Shown piece by piece: positions 25,201 through 37,879 of a stretch of 64,000 nucleotides of DNA (its first letter is position 1; every line of letters begins with the position of its first letter). Below the pieces are notes generated by a model. The model searched no databases. It was given only the letters and a program-made list of their open reading frames with translations, and was not told the origin of the DNA. A program made the position numbers and the translations under genes. The DNA is from Takakia lepidozioides (Eukaryota > Plantae > Bryophyta): positions 38,626,001 to 38,690,000 of the forward strand of contig CM060731.1 in the NCBI GenBank assembly GCA_030704615.1, read 5' to 3'.

Positions 25201-26181
25201 AGGCATCTCTTGGTTTGTCGGAGCTCTCAAAGATTCCTCGGGCTCCGACTCCTCGGATTCCTCCCGCTCCTGAGCGGCCTCGTTTTCGGAAACATTAATC
25301 GCTTCCTCAAACGGCCGCCTCGGTGACACGTCGCCCCCATCGGGCTCACCGGGATCATCATCTTTTGGGCCGTTCCGCTTTCGCTTCGGCTTGCCCGACC
25401 CCATGATGAGGCCAATCCCAAGGACGATCGCGTACTGAACTCTAAGCTCTGATACCAAGTGTCGCGCACCTCACTTCGGTAAGCTCCCCTTCAAGTCATA
25501 GTTACTCGCTTTGATGCGCGCGCCTGACTCCCAACCTGGCCGCCGGCCAACTTGGAGCTTCGGCTGCTCACCGGGACATAACGGTCCCCTTCGCTTCCCT
25601 CTAAACCCTCCACCTATTTGGGACTAGGAGAATTCCCTTTGGTAGATGGCAGTCCGGAACAGCTCCCCACTCTTTGGTCGCTTTCCGGCTCGCTCGCTTA
25701 CTCACTAGTTTTTGGTCACCAACGGGCTTGCACCGTTCTCGGGGTTACTACTCCCTATATATACTTCTGTAGCTGTCCGCGGGGGTTTCATAACCAGCCA
25801 TGCCATTTTATGGCGAACCACCACGAAAACCCTCGACTCCCGGTGGTGAGTCGCGGTGAGTCTTGGCCCACTCACCGCGGCCCCAATGGACCGTGATGAG
25901 TCCCAAGACTCCCCACGACTCCCACCTCGAGGTCTCCACCCCATGGTGAGTCCTATGCCACCCCCACTAAGTCCCACTAAGCTACCACCACCCCTTGTGG
26001 AGCCACCTCCACCGCAACCCGGTGTGCGGGGCTCCACCTAGTGAGCGCCTCCGCCTCCTTGAGTGCCTTGGGCACTCAAGGGTGCTTCAGCCCCCCATAC
26101 CTATCGCTGCCGCTGCCCCCACCACAGGGGCAGCCCCTCATGTGTCCCGACCCCCTGCCCTCAAGGCAAAGGGCCGCGACA
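19231..26181 (-). mobile_element. Complete inverted family-A element (LTRs 19231-19949 and 25460-26181) with 5-bp TSD CATCG
   Basis: Reverse complement of 11610-18548. CATCG at 19226-19230 and 26182-26186. The host 3' UTR continues across the insertion. Confidence 0.95.
20854..25404 (-). CDS. Family-A gag-pol copy 4 (frameshifted in this assembly)
   Basis: Minus-strand ORFs carry gag, PR, RT, RH, IN and chromodomain motifs. Confidence 0.87.
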
Positions 26182-26208
26182 CATCGACTCCCTGTTGGTA
26201 GGGGTATG

Positions 26209-26928
26209 TGTCGCGGCCCTTTGCCTTGAGGGCAGGGGGGTCGGGACACAAGAGGGGCTGCCCCTGTGGTGGGGGCAGTAGCAACGATAGGTACGGGGGC
26301 TGAAGCACCCTTGAGTGCCCAAGGCACTCAAGGAGGCGGAGGCGCTCACTAGATGGAGCCCCGCACACCGGGTTGCGGTGGGGGTGGCTCCACAAGGGGT
26401 GGTGGTAGCTTAGCGGGACTTAGTGGGGGGGCATAGGACTCACCATGGGGTGGAGACCTCGAGGTGAGAGTCGTGGGGAGTCTTGGGACTCATCACGGTC
26501 CATTGGGGCCGCGGTGAGTGGGCCAAGATTCACCGCGACTCACCACCGGGAATCGAGGGTCTTCGTGGTGGTTCGCCATAAAATGGCATGGCTGGTTGTG
26601 AAACCCCCGCGGACAGCTACAGAAGTATATATAGGGAGTAGTAACCCCGAGAACGGTGCAAGCCCGTTGGTGACCAAAAACTAGTGAGTAAGCGAGCGAG
26701 CCGGAAAGCGACCAAAGAGTGGGGAGCTGTTCCGGACTGCCAACTACCAAAGGGAATTCCCGTTGGTTCCAAATCGTGGGTTCTTTGGGAGAACAAAGGG
26801 GACCGTTATGCCCCGGTGAGCAGCCGAAGCTCCAAGTTGGCCCGGCGGCCAGGTTGGGAGTCAGGCGCGCGCATCAAAGCGAGTAACTATGACTTGAGGG
26901 GGAGCTTACCGAAGTGAGGTGCGCGACA
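26209..26928 (+). repeat. Family-A LTR7 (alpha); 3' LTR partner of LTR1
   Basis: Preceded by a PPT. Shares diagnostic bases with LTR1 (GGACACAAGAGG, GATAGGTACGGG, TGGTTCCAAATCG). Confidence 0.9.
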
Positions 26929-27537
26929 CTCAAGGAGGCGGAGACGCTCACTAGGTGGAGCCCCGCACACCGGATTGCGGTGGGGGTGGTTCCACGAGGG
27001 GTGGTGTTAGCTTAGTGGGACTTAGTGGGGGTGGCATAAGACGCACCATGGGGGCGGAGACCTTGTGGTGGGAGTCGTGGGGAGTCTTGGGACTCATCAC
27101 GGTCCAATAGGACCGTGGTGGGTGGGCCAAGATTCACCGCGACTCATCACCGGGAATCGAGGGTTTTCGTGGTGGTTCGCCATAAAATGGCATGGTTGTT
27201 TGTGAAACCCCCGCGGACAGTCACAGAAGTATATATAGGGAGTAGTAACCCCGAGAACGGTGGAAGCCCGTTGGTGACCAAAAACTAGTGAATAAGCGTG
27301 CGAGCCGAAAAGCGACCAAGGTGTGGGGAGCTATTCCGGACTGCCATCGACCAAAGGGAATTTCCACTAGGCCCAAATTGGGAGAGGGTCTTGTGGAGGA
27401 GTAAAGGGGGACTGTTATGTCCTGGTGAACAACCGAAGCTCCGAGTTGGCCCGGCGGCCAGTTAGGGAGTTAGGCGCGCGCATCAAAGCGAGTAACTATG
27501 ACTTGAAGGGGAGCTTACCGAAGTGAGGTGCGCGACA
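26929..27537 (+). repeat. 5'-truncated older family-A LTR, apparently the target of the whole cluster
   Basis: Starts ~113 bp into the LTR (CTCAAGGAGG), ends CGCGACA, is more diverged, and has no PBS after it. Confidence 0.88.
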
Positions 27538-27599
27538 AGTATGACATCACTTGTAATTTCACAAAGTTCAATCACACATTACACCATGATATTATTAAT

Positions 27600-27765
27600 A
27601 TCTCAATTAATTTTAATGCAAATATATATTAAATTTAGTCCGAATTTAAGCCAAAAGTCCAGAATTAATTAAAATAATGTTGTTATATGTGTTGCTTCCT
27701 CTGGTATTGCTGCTATCCTACTTTGATGATGGACGAACTGCACATTCTACTTTCAAACTTCCAAT
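27600..27765 (+). mobile_element. Helitron PIF1-helicase fragment
   Basis: Translates ICVASSGIAAILL..DGRTAHSTFKLP, the typical Helitron helicase motif. Confidence 0.75.
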
Positions 27766-28319
27766 CACGTTCTAGCATCACGTTCTGGAGGTACGTGGGC
27801 CTATAACCGCGGAGGAACCTATTACCGTGGGAGCGCAAAGTTTTTTTTTCCAAATCCTAATTGCAATTTCAAAGTTTTTTCTTTTACATCTTCTTTAAGG
27901 AATATGTGTGATATCCGACATAATATCCAACTATGTAGAGAAGTTGTCAAAATTTGCTGAACTAATACTATCCTCGGACAATATGGTAATGTCGTCAATG
28001 TAGACCCTAGCCCTAGCATTAAAAAATGTGCTCCTCGAGTTGCGAAGACAAGCTATGGGAGAGGGCATGGAAGCAACCTCCCGAACGATTGCCTCCACGT
28101 AATGTGGGAGGTGATAAGACGGCGAAGGGCTCTTCAAAAGAGCATTGTGCACATAGGCAGGGCGGGTCCCATTGGAAGGGTAATGACTCCTGCAACACAA
28201 CATGATACTTGTGGAATCAGACATTGACGAGCAGCAAGCACACTGAACCAAACTGAACCATATTGAACCAAACTGCATCACCAGACCACGACAGACATTC
28301 CACATCCGCAATCAATGTA

Positions 28320-29220
28320 CGTCAACGCATACCATTCTGTATGGCCCAATTTCTAGATACAAAGCATGACTGAGAGAATCATTGCTGCTCCGATCTCGTA
28401 CCACAATAACAAAACACATAGGCCCCTTAGAAATGGTGTGAGTCAACGCACACCATTCTACGTGACCCCATTTCTAGATGCAGAGCCTACATGAGAGCGA
28501 TTTTATTTTTTTATTTTTTTTTGGTTGGTTTGGAAAATGGTGTGCAGTCAGTAGCCAATGCTCAGGTAGAGGAGCAATGGACATGAGTGTCTCAAATGGC
28601 AGAATGGTCAGCGCTAAAAAAGGCGGCTTTGAACGCGGTCGGATACAGCCCTATGTGGATGGGGAGGCGGAGGAGGGTTCTGGAAGCGAGGAGCCAACAA
28701 CGGAGGAAGAATCCTCTGATGATAGTGGTGAGGAGGAGCAGTGGGGACAAAATTACAACCCCAGAGAATGGTCTTCAGGAAACTGAGGGTCCACATTTGG
28801 GGACAATTGTACCTATGGCATTTTGTGGACTCACATCTTTTATTCCAAATTTATTTTTTATTTTTTATTTTTTCCCAGTTGATTGGAAAGATGGCGTGCG
28901 TCAATGCACACCATATTTTCTTGACACACACCTTGATCAAATCTGCAAGAATGCTTCGTGCTCCATTGGCAGGTACAATGTAAGTTCCGCATCCGAGATA
29001 TGGTCAACTCACACCATTTTTAAGGGGCCCATTTCCAGATACAAAGCCTACATGATAATTTTTTTTTTAAATTTTTTTTCGGTTGGTTGGAAAAATGGTG
29101 GGCGTCAACGCACACCATTTTATTGATGCACATCTTGGTCGAATCTGCAAGAATGCTTCGTGCTTGACTGACAGGCACAATGTAAGTTCCGCATCCGGGA
29201 TGGGTGTACACAATCATGAC
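28320..29220. repeat. Degenerate repeats (GTCAACGCACACCATT motif x5; ~150-bp duplication), probably a DNA-transposon remnant
   Basis: Motif near 28320, 28441, 28899, 29002 and 29103. 28850-29000 resembles 29060-29200. Confidence 0.5.
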
Positions 29221-29892
29221 ATCCACATCTGTTTTGCAGGAGAAGGCCTCCAACATTACAGTTTCAAAATTTCCCAAATTGCACATGTCTCGATTTTGTT
29301 ATCATATTGCCGACTAGTCTAGTAAAAAGAGGGAAGTTTGTTCCATGTAAGTATTTGTATTTATTGCGGTTCAGTGCTTCTTCTCTGCGTAATTGAAACA
29401 AGGGGTGGATGCAAATTCACCAGTACTCAAATTGTATATCTGAAATGCATATTTCCGTGAGCTATGCTTTAATATGAAGACATTTTTCTGGAGAGATATG
29501 TGTTCAAGTACATGAGGCCTGGTGCGGTATATGGATTGAGTTACAACAAAAAAAGTGACGCTACACAACCAAGTTCAGTGTTGGAACGATGCAATTATTT
29601 GGGAATAAGATAGTCACAACAATCTTTATGGGTGTAATGCACTCTTCTTCAATTCTTATTGTGTCGGTTTCATTGAAAAAGACAACAGAATTCGCCAATG
29701 TAGATTGAACATTTCCCACGGTTACAGGCCCCTTGGGTATAGATGTCCGATCTGCCGCCACATGCTATGTACGTGCATGCTGACGTGGCATGAGCGTTGG
29801 GTCACGTGGCCACGTCATGGCGCTTGAGCCACGTCAGCAAATTGTGAGCCTGGGTTCACACGCTCACGGCCCACGCTCATGCCGTAGCGTCG

Positions 29893-30400
29893 CTGCTTCT
29901 ATGAATGGTAGTGGAATGGGATCTTTCTTGGTGCAAGCGTTCAGCTTCTTGTAGTCGACACATACTCTCAGATTCCCATTCTTCTTTGGCACTATCACAA
30001 TAGGTGATAGCCATGTGGTGTGCTCTATTGGATATATGAATTTGGCCTCAACTAATTTCTTGATTTCTTCTCCTACTTTCTGAGCATAGTTAGGATTCAT
30101 TATATATCTTGCTTGTTTGATTGGAACAGAGCCTGGTTCCACTCCAATTTTATGTGACAAATCTCAAAGGTATCCCCTCCAAATCATCATAGCTCCATGC
30201 AAATACATCCTTGTATTTGATGAACAGACTCTTGGCTTCCTCAAAGAATTCTTCTTCCAGATCTGTTCCAATTTTAACCATCTGTGGTGCTTCTTTAGTA
30301 CGCACATTTATTTCCTTTATTTGCTCATTTTCCGTGATTGTCTATCCTGCTACTTCTTCAACATGTAGACTGAGGGTGGATGGTACCTCTAGTAATTTTA
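29893..30400 (-). mobile_element. Non-chromoviral Gypsy RT N-terminal fragment
   Basis: HKI..EPGSVPIKQARY...WLSPIVIVPKKNGNLRVCVDYKKLNACTKKDPIPLPFI. Confidence 0.85.
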
Positions 30401-30489
30401 TTCATCTTTCTTCATAAAAATGAGGGGGGTAGTTACTCTCTTCTTTTACTGGTACAACCGTTACTGCCCCACAACATATTCCCTGTAAG

Positions 30490-30940
30490 CAACTCAACCT
30501 GGATTTTGAAAAAACATTCGATAGGGTAGAGTGGTCTTTCCTTTTGGGAGCCCTGATGAAGATTGGGCTACCACAATCCTTTTGCCAATGGGTGAGAATT
30601 CTTCTAACTACTTCAACAAGCAGAGTTATTGTTAAATGGCCACCTCTGTAATTCTTTTCCTCTTCAGCGGTTAGTGAGCCAAGCGTGCCCCCTAGCCCCA
30701 TTCCTTTTTCTTATAGTGGCTAACTCGTTGGGATATATGCTGTAGCAGAACCACCAGATTACAGGCCTTCATATTACAAACTACATCACTCAATAACTTA
30801 CACACACATAATAGACTCCATGTTTATGGACGACACTTTCTTTATGCTGTAAGCCATGCCTAAGAGCCTAGACATGACTGTGAATACTCGAAATACTTTC
30901 TGTTCAACATCTGGCTTCAAAGTCAACTTGAACAAAGACC
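30490..30940 (+). mobile_element. L1-type LINE RT fragment
   Basis: LDFEKTFDRVEWSFL...CPLAPFLFL...FMDDT...SGFKVNLNK, with frameshifts. Confidence 0.8.
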
Positions 30941-33819
30941 CCAATATCTGGGTAGTCTTAGCATATTATACATGTTTTGATATTCATGTTTCGTTTCATG
31001 AGAGAGAATAGGGTTAACTAGGATATAAGTTCCGACATATTCTATGGCATATTCAATGGAAAACTCTTCGGGTATCTAGAGTATAAACCCTGTATTTTTT
31101 TTCAGTTTTTTCCTGAGAAAATATATCTCAAAATATAAAAGTAGTTTTACGGGTCAGAGTTTGCCATGCGAAATTATCCATGGGTGAGGACCTTAAATAT
31201 GACCTACAGTCGCACCGCCCACTCTCGCGCCTATAATGAAAAGGGTCTGGTACAACGTGAGGAAATCCACGCTTATAGGGTAGCATGTTTGTCAGGTATA
31301 GGGGTTACTTGTTTTTTATGTGTTGTAACTAGTGCTCATCTAAACCATTGGAAATAGTTTCGCAAGTTTATGAGTTTTGTAATTAGTGTTTCACTCTAAA
31401 ATATTCTTCGGGTATCGGAGAAATTTGTAGAATATGCTCACGTGCTACCCAACGTCGGCATGAGCATGCTTATGTGATACCTAACCTCGACCCGGACCCA
31501 CCTAATGGATCCAAAACTCGTTATACCCGCTACCCGGAGCAGTGAAGTAGGTCGGGTATGGGGTGAAGTTTAATAATTATATACATATATAGGCATACAT
31601 TAAGGATTTTTTAGGCTGATTCTGTCGTTTTAGAGGCACAAGAAGCAGAGTATGCAGTGCTGGCGCAATATGCTTTGGCGTAATCGTAGGCCTAATTCTG
31701 TACAGCCCATTACCACGTCGAGCCAATCTGAGGCTGCAGAGCTACTCATTATCCTCTTAAAATTATCACCAATTTGACTTTGTAAAAAGACCGTTAAGGC
31801 GGTCCCACCATTGAGATTATTTTAGTGTATTTGTTAAGCATGTTTTGTTTTGTCTTATTTGGACTTGTCTTTTTACTCACATTTTTCATCCAAGGTGGAT
31901 GAATAGGGACACCTTAAGTACTCATTCGTTGTGTAAACTTGGGAGCTAGTTCTTCCCACCTTTGGGAGCTGTTTCCGTGAAAAAAGACATTCCCAAAGGG
32001 TTCCATATTCCAAAAGAGATGCTAGTAAGATCTTTGGAATCCCCTTCAGATTTCCTATCCATAGGATTTTTATTTTTATTTTTATTTGTTATTGATTATT
32101 TTGCATTGTTTAATCTGTAAATTGAGAGCCATTGAGTGGTGAATTATCCGGCCCCCCTTAAAACCAACAATTGGGTTTTAAGGAGTGGTGGGTTGAACTC
32201 AACGACTTGGGAGTTAGATAGGTATTGGGAAGAGGTATTTATCAACTCGGATTAGGTGCTTTGTGAAGGCATTATAATTAATTTGCCCCGACTATCTCTG
32301 GGAGTTAGGCTTGTAGAAACTAGTAATAAAACAAAGACTTGGAAGACAATACAATTAAATGAAAACAACATAAAAATTAATCATGGGAACTTCCTACAAA
32401 TGCAATCTCGCCAGCGTTTTTTTTATGCGCGAAATTTCGCCACTTTTCGATCCAGAAATTGGCCTCACGAAATTTACAAAGGAATTATGGGTTAAAATAT
32501 GGCACTGTTTCGCATTATTGCCCTCCCTAATGCCATCATGTCACTACAATGAGGACGCCGCCTGTACAACTGTCGCACAGGGAAAGAGCCACATGCCATT
32601 TGGGTTCGTTAGATCCAGATGATCTTACCTATCGATTTCTAAGAACCCTACCACCCTGCCAGCGCAAGGAGCAAAGCCTTGGGTTCAAACTCTTCCCGCT
32701 TTCGCCAAGGGGTCGAGCTATGGAGGGAACTCTCATTTAGGTTTCGCTTACCCGCCTAGTATCCGTGTCATGCACATCTATGTAAGCAGACTTGCACTGC
32801 CTCTTGCACTAGCACATGAGGCTTTGAGCAGAGTTGTTGATCTTGCACAAGATTAGTCATATTTGTCAATGGATTGTATCCATGTGACAGAGTTGTGCTA
32901 GGCTTTGCAAGATGCAGTATCGTTGTTACTTAGAAAAATTACCTCCCTTGTCGCTTCCACAAACCAAACACTACATGAGTTGAGTTTGCATAAAACTCAT
33001 CAAACATTCTTGACAGTAGCCATGGGTTCGAGATCACATGCCACAGAGTCGCCAATTGATCTTCCTCATAGGCCAGCCAGGAGCCAATGTGGCTCAAGTT
33101 CTTAAATGAAAAAAAAAAATGTTGAATCTCGCCCTATGAGGTAGGGAGTTGGAGATAGGACTTAGAATTGATCATTTGTAATAGTTGTCCCCCACTAGTG
33201 GTCGAACCCTCTCTGCACTAGCCGTAACTAGGTGGGTGGTTCATTCGAGCCCAACCCACATCGCTACCCATCATGGTCCCGCATAATTAGTTTGTATGTC
33301 GTCACACTTGGCGCACACGTCAAGGGCTTGTCAACATGCGGTCCAATGTACATTAATATATTTTTAAAATATATGGGACCACCAGTACTGACGGTTTCAA
33401 TTTAATTTAAAATATTTTAAAGATATATGGGAACAACAATGGCGGCCCCAATTTAAATTGTTATATTTTAAAAAATATGTCGAGACCGCCAGTGTCCTAA
33501 TTCAATTTAGCTAAAATAAGAAGATATTGGACCGTCAACAATATCGGTCCTAATGGTATTTTAAATAATTTCAAAATATATGGTACTCAAATCAAATCAA
33601 ATATATGTAATATTTGTTTAGCCGATGTGGCATTTTTCTTATTTTTTTTTATGGCATGCGGCTATTTTTGTATTTTTTAAAAAAGCATATGTAGATTTTT
33701 TATTTTTTTTACCATTTTTCTTATTTTTATATAAAACTGACGTGACGCACTCCCGCGTCAGCGTTGGATTTTATGCGACCTAACGTCACATCATTGTGCA
33801 ACCCTGGTTAAGGTAGTTG

Positions 33820-36800
33820 TAAATCAATATATGAATCGAGTGTTTGTTTGTTTTTTTTTGTTTTGTTTTGTAGCCAAACCACGGGGGGCCCAACGCTGGT
33901 GCTTGGTCCCGTTGGAAAGCCCTCGAGGAGGAGGGGTACATGGGCTTGGTCTCATCATTTTTGGACCCAGGGTGTGGGAGATATGGAATTCAAGTACTTT
34001 TGGTCGTTGGAAATTCGTGAAAAATAGCAAAGTGGGCTTTCCTGGGACAATGATTGGATATATGAAGCCTCGACAGGAGATATATCAATAATAGAGTAAA
34101 TTCATGGAAAAAAATAAATTGGTACTTCTGTTTGCTGGAAAATTTGCAAAAAACAGCAAAGTGGGCTTTCCAACGGTAACAAGCACCAGGGCTGGGCCCG
34201 CGGTTTGGGATGCGGTTTGGGAGATCTCATCGACGCTACAAAACAAAACAAAACAAACTTAAACTGGCTTGCTTCATATATTGACTAGGGTAGCATGTGC
34301 CGTTGGACCATGTCATGTGAAGAATCGAAATCTAAGACCAAGTGCAATTTCCTATGTCTCCAAGTACATCTCTTATGTTTAGGCCCATCTAAGCCCAAGT
34401 GGAATCTCCTATGTATCCAAGTGCTTCTCCCATGTAGAGGCCCAATGCGACCCTCCAGTGTCATTCCAACACTTCATTTTGTACACCAAAATTGTTCATA
34501 TCAATCTATGAAGCAAGACGTTTGTTTGTTTGTTTGTTTTTTTTTTTTTTTTTGGTAGCGTTGAGATGTCCCAAACCGCGGCCCCGGTGCTTGGTACCGT
34601 TGGAAAGCCCTCGACGAGGAGGGATGCACGGGCTTGGTTTCACGAGTTTTGGACCTGCGGTGTGGGAGATATAGAATTCCAAGTACTTTTGGTCGCTGGA
34701 AATTCACAAAAAATAGCAAAAATGGCAAAGTGGGCATTCTTGGGACAATGGTTGGAGCCTCGACGGGAGAGATATCAAGGGAAAGGTCTCCAGTTCAAAT
34801 CTGGTCGTAGGTTCTATAGAAAAAAAATGATTAGATATGGCTTGCTTTATATATTGATGCACTTGGACTTAGATGACATTGGACACTTGGGCCAACGGCA
34901 CATGCTACCCAATGATTGGAGCCTCGACAGGAGATATATCAATAATGATTGGATATATTACGACTCAATAGTTTATGGAAAAACTAATATGGGGCTTGAC
35001 ATGGGAGACGTACTTGAATATATAGGAGATTGCACTTGGACACTACTTGGGCCTCTACATGGGAGATGAACTTGGATACATGAATAGGCTTGGATGGGCC
35101 TCGACATAGGAGATGCATCGGGATACATATGAAATTGCACTTGGTCTTAGATTTCAATTCTTTACATATGGGCCAACCTAGAGGTTGCACTTGGGCATAG
35201 GAGACGCCTTGGGATACAGAGAAGATCTTACACTTGGGCTTAGATGACATTGGACACTTTGGGCCAACGGCGAATGCTACCCTAGAGGTTGCATTTGGGC
35301 CTCGACATAGGAAACGCACTTTAATACATAGGGGATTGCACTTGGACTTAGATGACACTGGACACGTGGGCCAACGGCACAGGCTACCCTAGTCAATATA
35401 TGAATCGAGACGTTTGTTTGTTCGTTTTGTTTTGTTTTGTAGCATTGAGATGTCCCAAAACCGCGGGGCCCCCCGTTGGAAAGCCCTAGAGAAGGAGGGG
35501 TGCACGGGCTTGGTCTCATCATTTTTGGACCTAGGGTGTGGGAGATATGGAAATCCAAGTACTTTTGGTCGCTGGAAATTCGTGAAAAATAGCAAAGTGG
35601 GCTTTCCTTGGACAATGATTGGATATATGAAGCCTCGACATGAGATATATCAATAATAGAGTAAATTCATGGAAAAAAATAAATTCTGTTTGCTGGAAAT
35701 TTGCAAAAAACAGCAAAGTGGGCTTTCCTCGAACAATGAAATGGACATATTACTACTACTCACTAAATTCATGGAAAAAAAATATATATTGGTTTTTTCA
35801 ATATATGAAGCAAGTAATTTATTTGTTTGTTTTGTTTTGGGAGATCTCAACAGGGTGCACCAAGTTCGTCTCATGATTTGCGTTGTGGGAGATATGGAAT
35901 TTCCTCGAACAATGATTGGATATTATTACTACTCAATAAATTCATGGAAACAAATGGGAGATATGGAAAACAAGCAAAGTGGGCTTTCCTGGGACAATGA
36001 TTGGATATATGAAGCCTCGACAGGAGATATATTAATAATAGAGTAAATTCATGGAAAAAAATAAATTTGTACTTCTGTTTGCTGGAAATTTGCAAAAAAC
36101 AGCAAAGTGGGCTTTCCTCGAACAATGATTGGATATCTCACTAAATTCATGGAAAGAAATAGATTGGTTTTTATTGCTCACTGGAAATTCGGGAAAAATA
36201 GCAAAATGGGCTTTCCTCAAACAATGATTGGATATGTTACTACTCAATAAAGTCATGGAAACCAAAACAAAACAAAACAAACAAACAAACTACCTTGCTT
36301 CATGTATTGAAAAAACCAATTTATTTTTTTGATATATTACTACTACTCACTAAATTCATGGAAAGAAATAGATTGGTTTTTTCAATATATGAAGCATGGA
36401 AACCAAAACAAAACAAAACAAAACAAACAAACAAACTACCTTGCTTCATGTATTGAAAAAACCAATATATTTTTTCCCATGAATTTAGTCTATTATCAAT
36501 ATATGAAGGAAGCCAGTTTGTTTGTTTTGTTTTGTTTTGTTTTGTTTGTTTGTAGCGTCACTGAGATCTCCCAAACTACGGGGCCAGCCCCGGTGCTTGG
36601 TACTATTGGAAAGCCCTCGATGAGGAGGGGTGCAATGGCTTGGTCTCATAATTTTTGGACCCGCGGTATGGGAGATATCGAATAGTACTTTTGGTCGCTG
36701 GAAATTCGTGAAAAATAACAAAGTGGGCTTTCTTGGAGCAATGATTGGCCCTTCATGTGGGAGATTTGGAATTTCAAGTACTTTTGGTCGCTGGAAATTC

Positions 36801-37312
36801 GCAAAAAATAGCAACGTGGATATATCAGTATATATATCAATATATGAAACCTCAACAAGGGAGATTGCAAAAAATAGCAAAGTGGGCTTTGGGATTGCAT
36901 TTGGACTTAGGTGACATTGGACACTGGAGGTCGCACTAGGGCCTCTACATGGGAGACGCACATGAATACATAGGAGATTGCACTTGGGCTTAAATTTGAA
37001 TTCTTCACACATGGGCCAATGGCAAAGGCTATCCTAGATCTCCTAAACAGTGGGGGCTCTGGATTGCACTTGGACATATATGACACAGGACACTTGGGCC
37101 AATGGCACAGGCTACCCTAGAGGTCGCACTTGGGCCTCGACATATGAGACACAATTGGACTTGGGCTTAATTAGATGACACTGGACACTTGGGCCAAGGG
37201 CACATGCTACCCTAGAGGTTGCATTTGGGCCTCGACATATGAGACACAATTGGACTTGGGCTTAATTAGATGACACTGGACACTTGGGCCAACGGCACAG
37301 GCTACCCTAGTC
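33820..37312. repeat. Mosaic of shuffled direct and inverted repeat modules
   Basis: GGAAATT..AAAATAGCAAAGTGGGCTTTCC about 10x. GATGACACTGGACACTTGGGCCAACGGCACAGGCTACCCTAG about 8x, in both orientations and again near 43000. 95-bp tandem at 37111/37206. Confidence 0.85.
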
Positions 37313-37879
37313 CAAGTAAATATATAGGCCTAACATTAAAGTCCAAGCTATTTTTAATGGTAAGATAGTTGTAGACCATGTAATGCTTAGTCAAGACAAG
37401 ATTACCTACTTCTAACATTATGTTCCAAACTATTTTTAGCATTAAAGTAGTTGTAGACCCAAATGAATGTGTAGTCATTGTCTTAAGGTATGTCCCAATA
37501 AGGAGGAGAAGTCAGTTTTTCTATAAATTTATATATATATGTATTGGAATCATCAATTTTGATTTGTTTCGACGGCATTGACTTATACAATGTTGCCTAT
37601 TATTCAATTGGACAGGCAATATTGATCATAATATGCTGGTGATATGTTAACATTGCAGATTTATCATTTGTCTGCATTGACAAATGTTGTATCAACATCG
37701 AACCTTTGAAAATGTCTTGATCTTTTATCAATACTTTTGAATAAAAAATCACAATAGTTTGTGTGTCTTAGTAGTAACTTTCATTCAACTTTTATTTAAC
37801 ATGATTGTATAGAAAGTCGAATCAATATGTAGGAGCGCAATTAGACCTCAACTTCTTTCGTGAAGCATACAATAACAAT

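Noticed and set aside
1668-25404. Programmed frameshifts in family-A gag-pol
   Set aside because: Indels differ between copies and many fall in homopolymers, so they look like sequencing error or decay.
33820-37312. CRISPR-like array
   Set aside because: Eukaryotic context, irregular spacing, intervening sequences are themselves repeats, and no cas genes.
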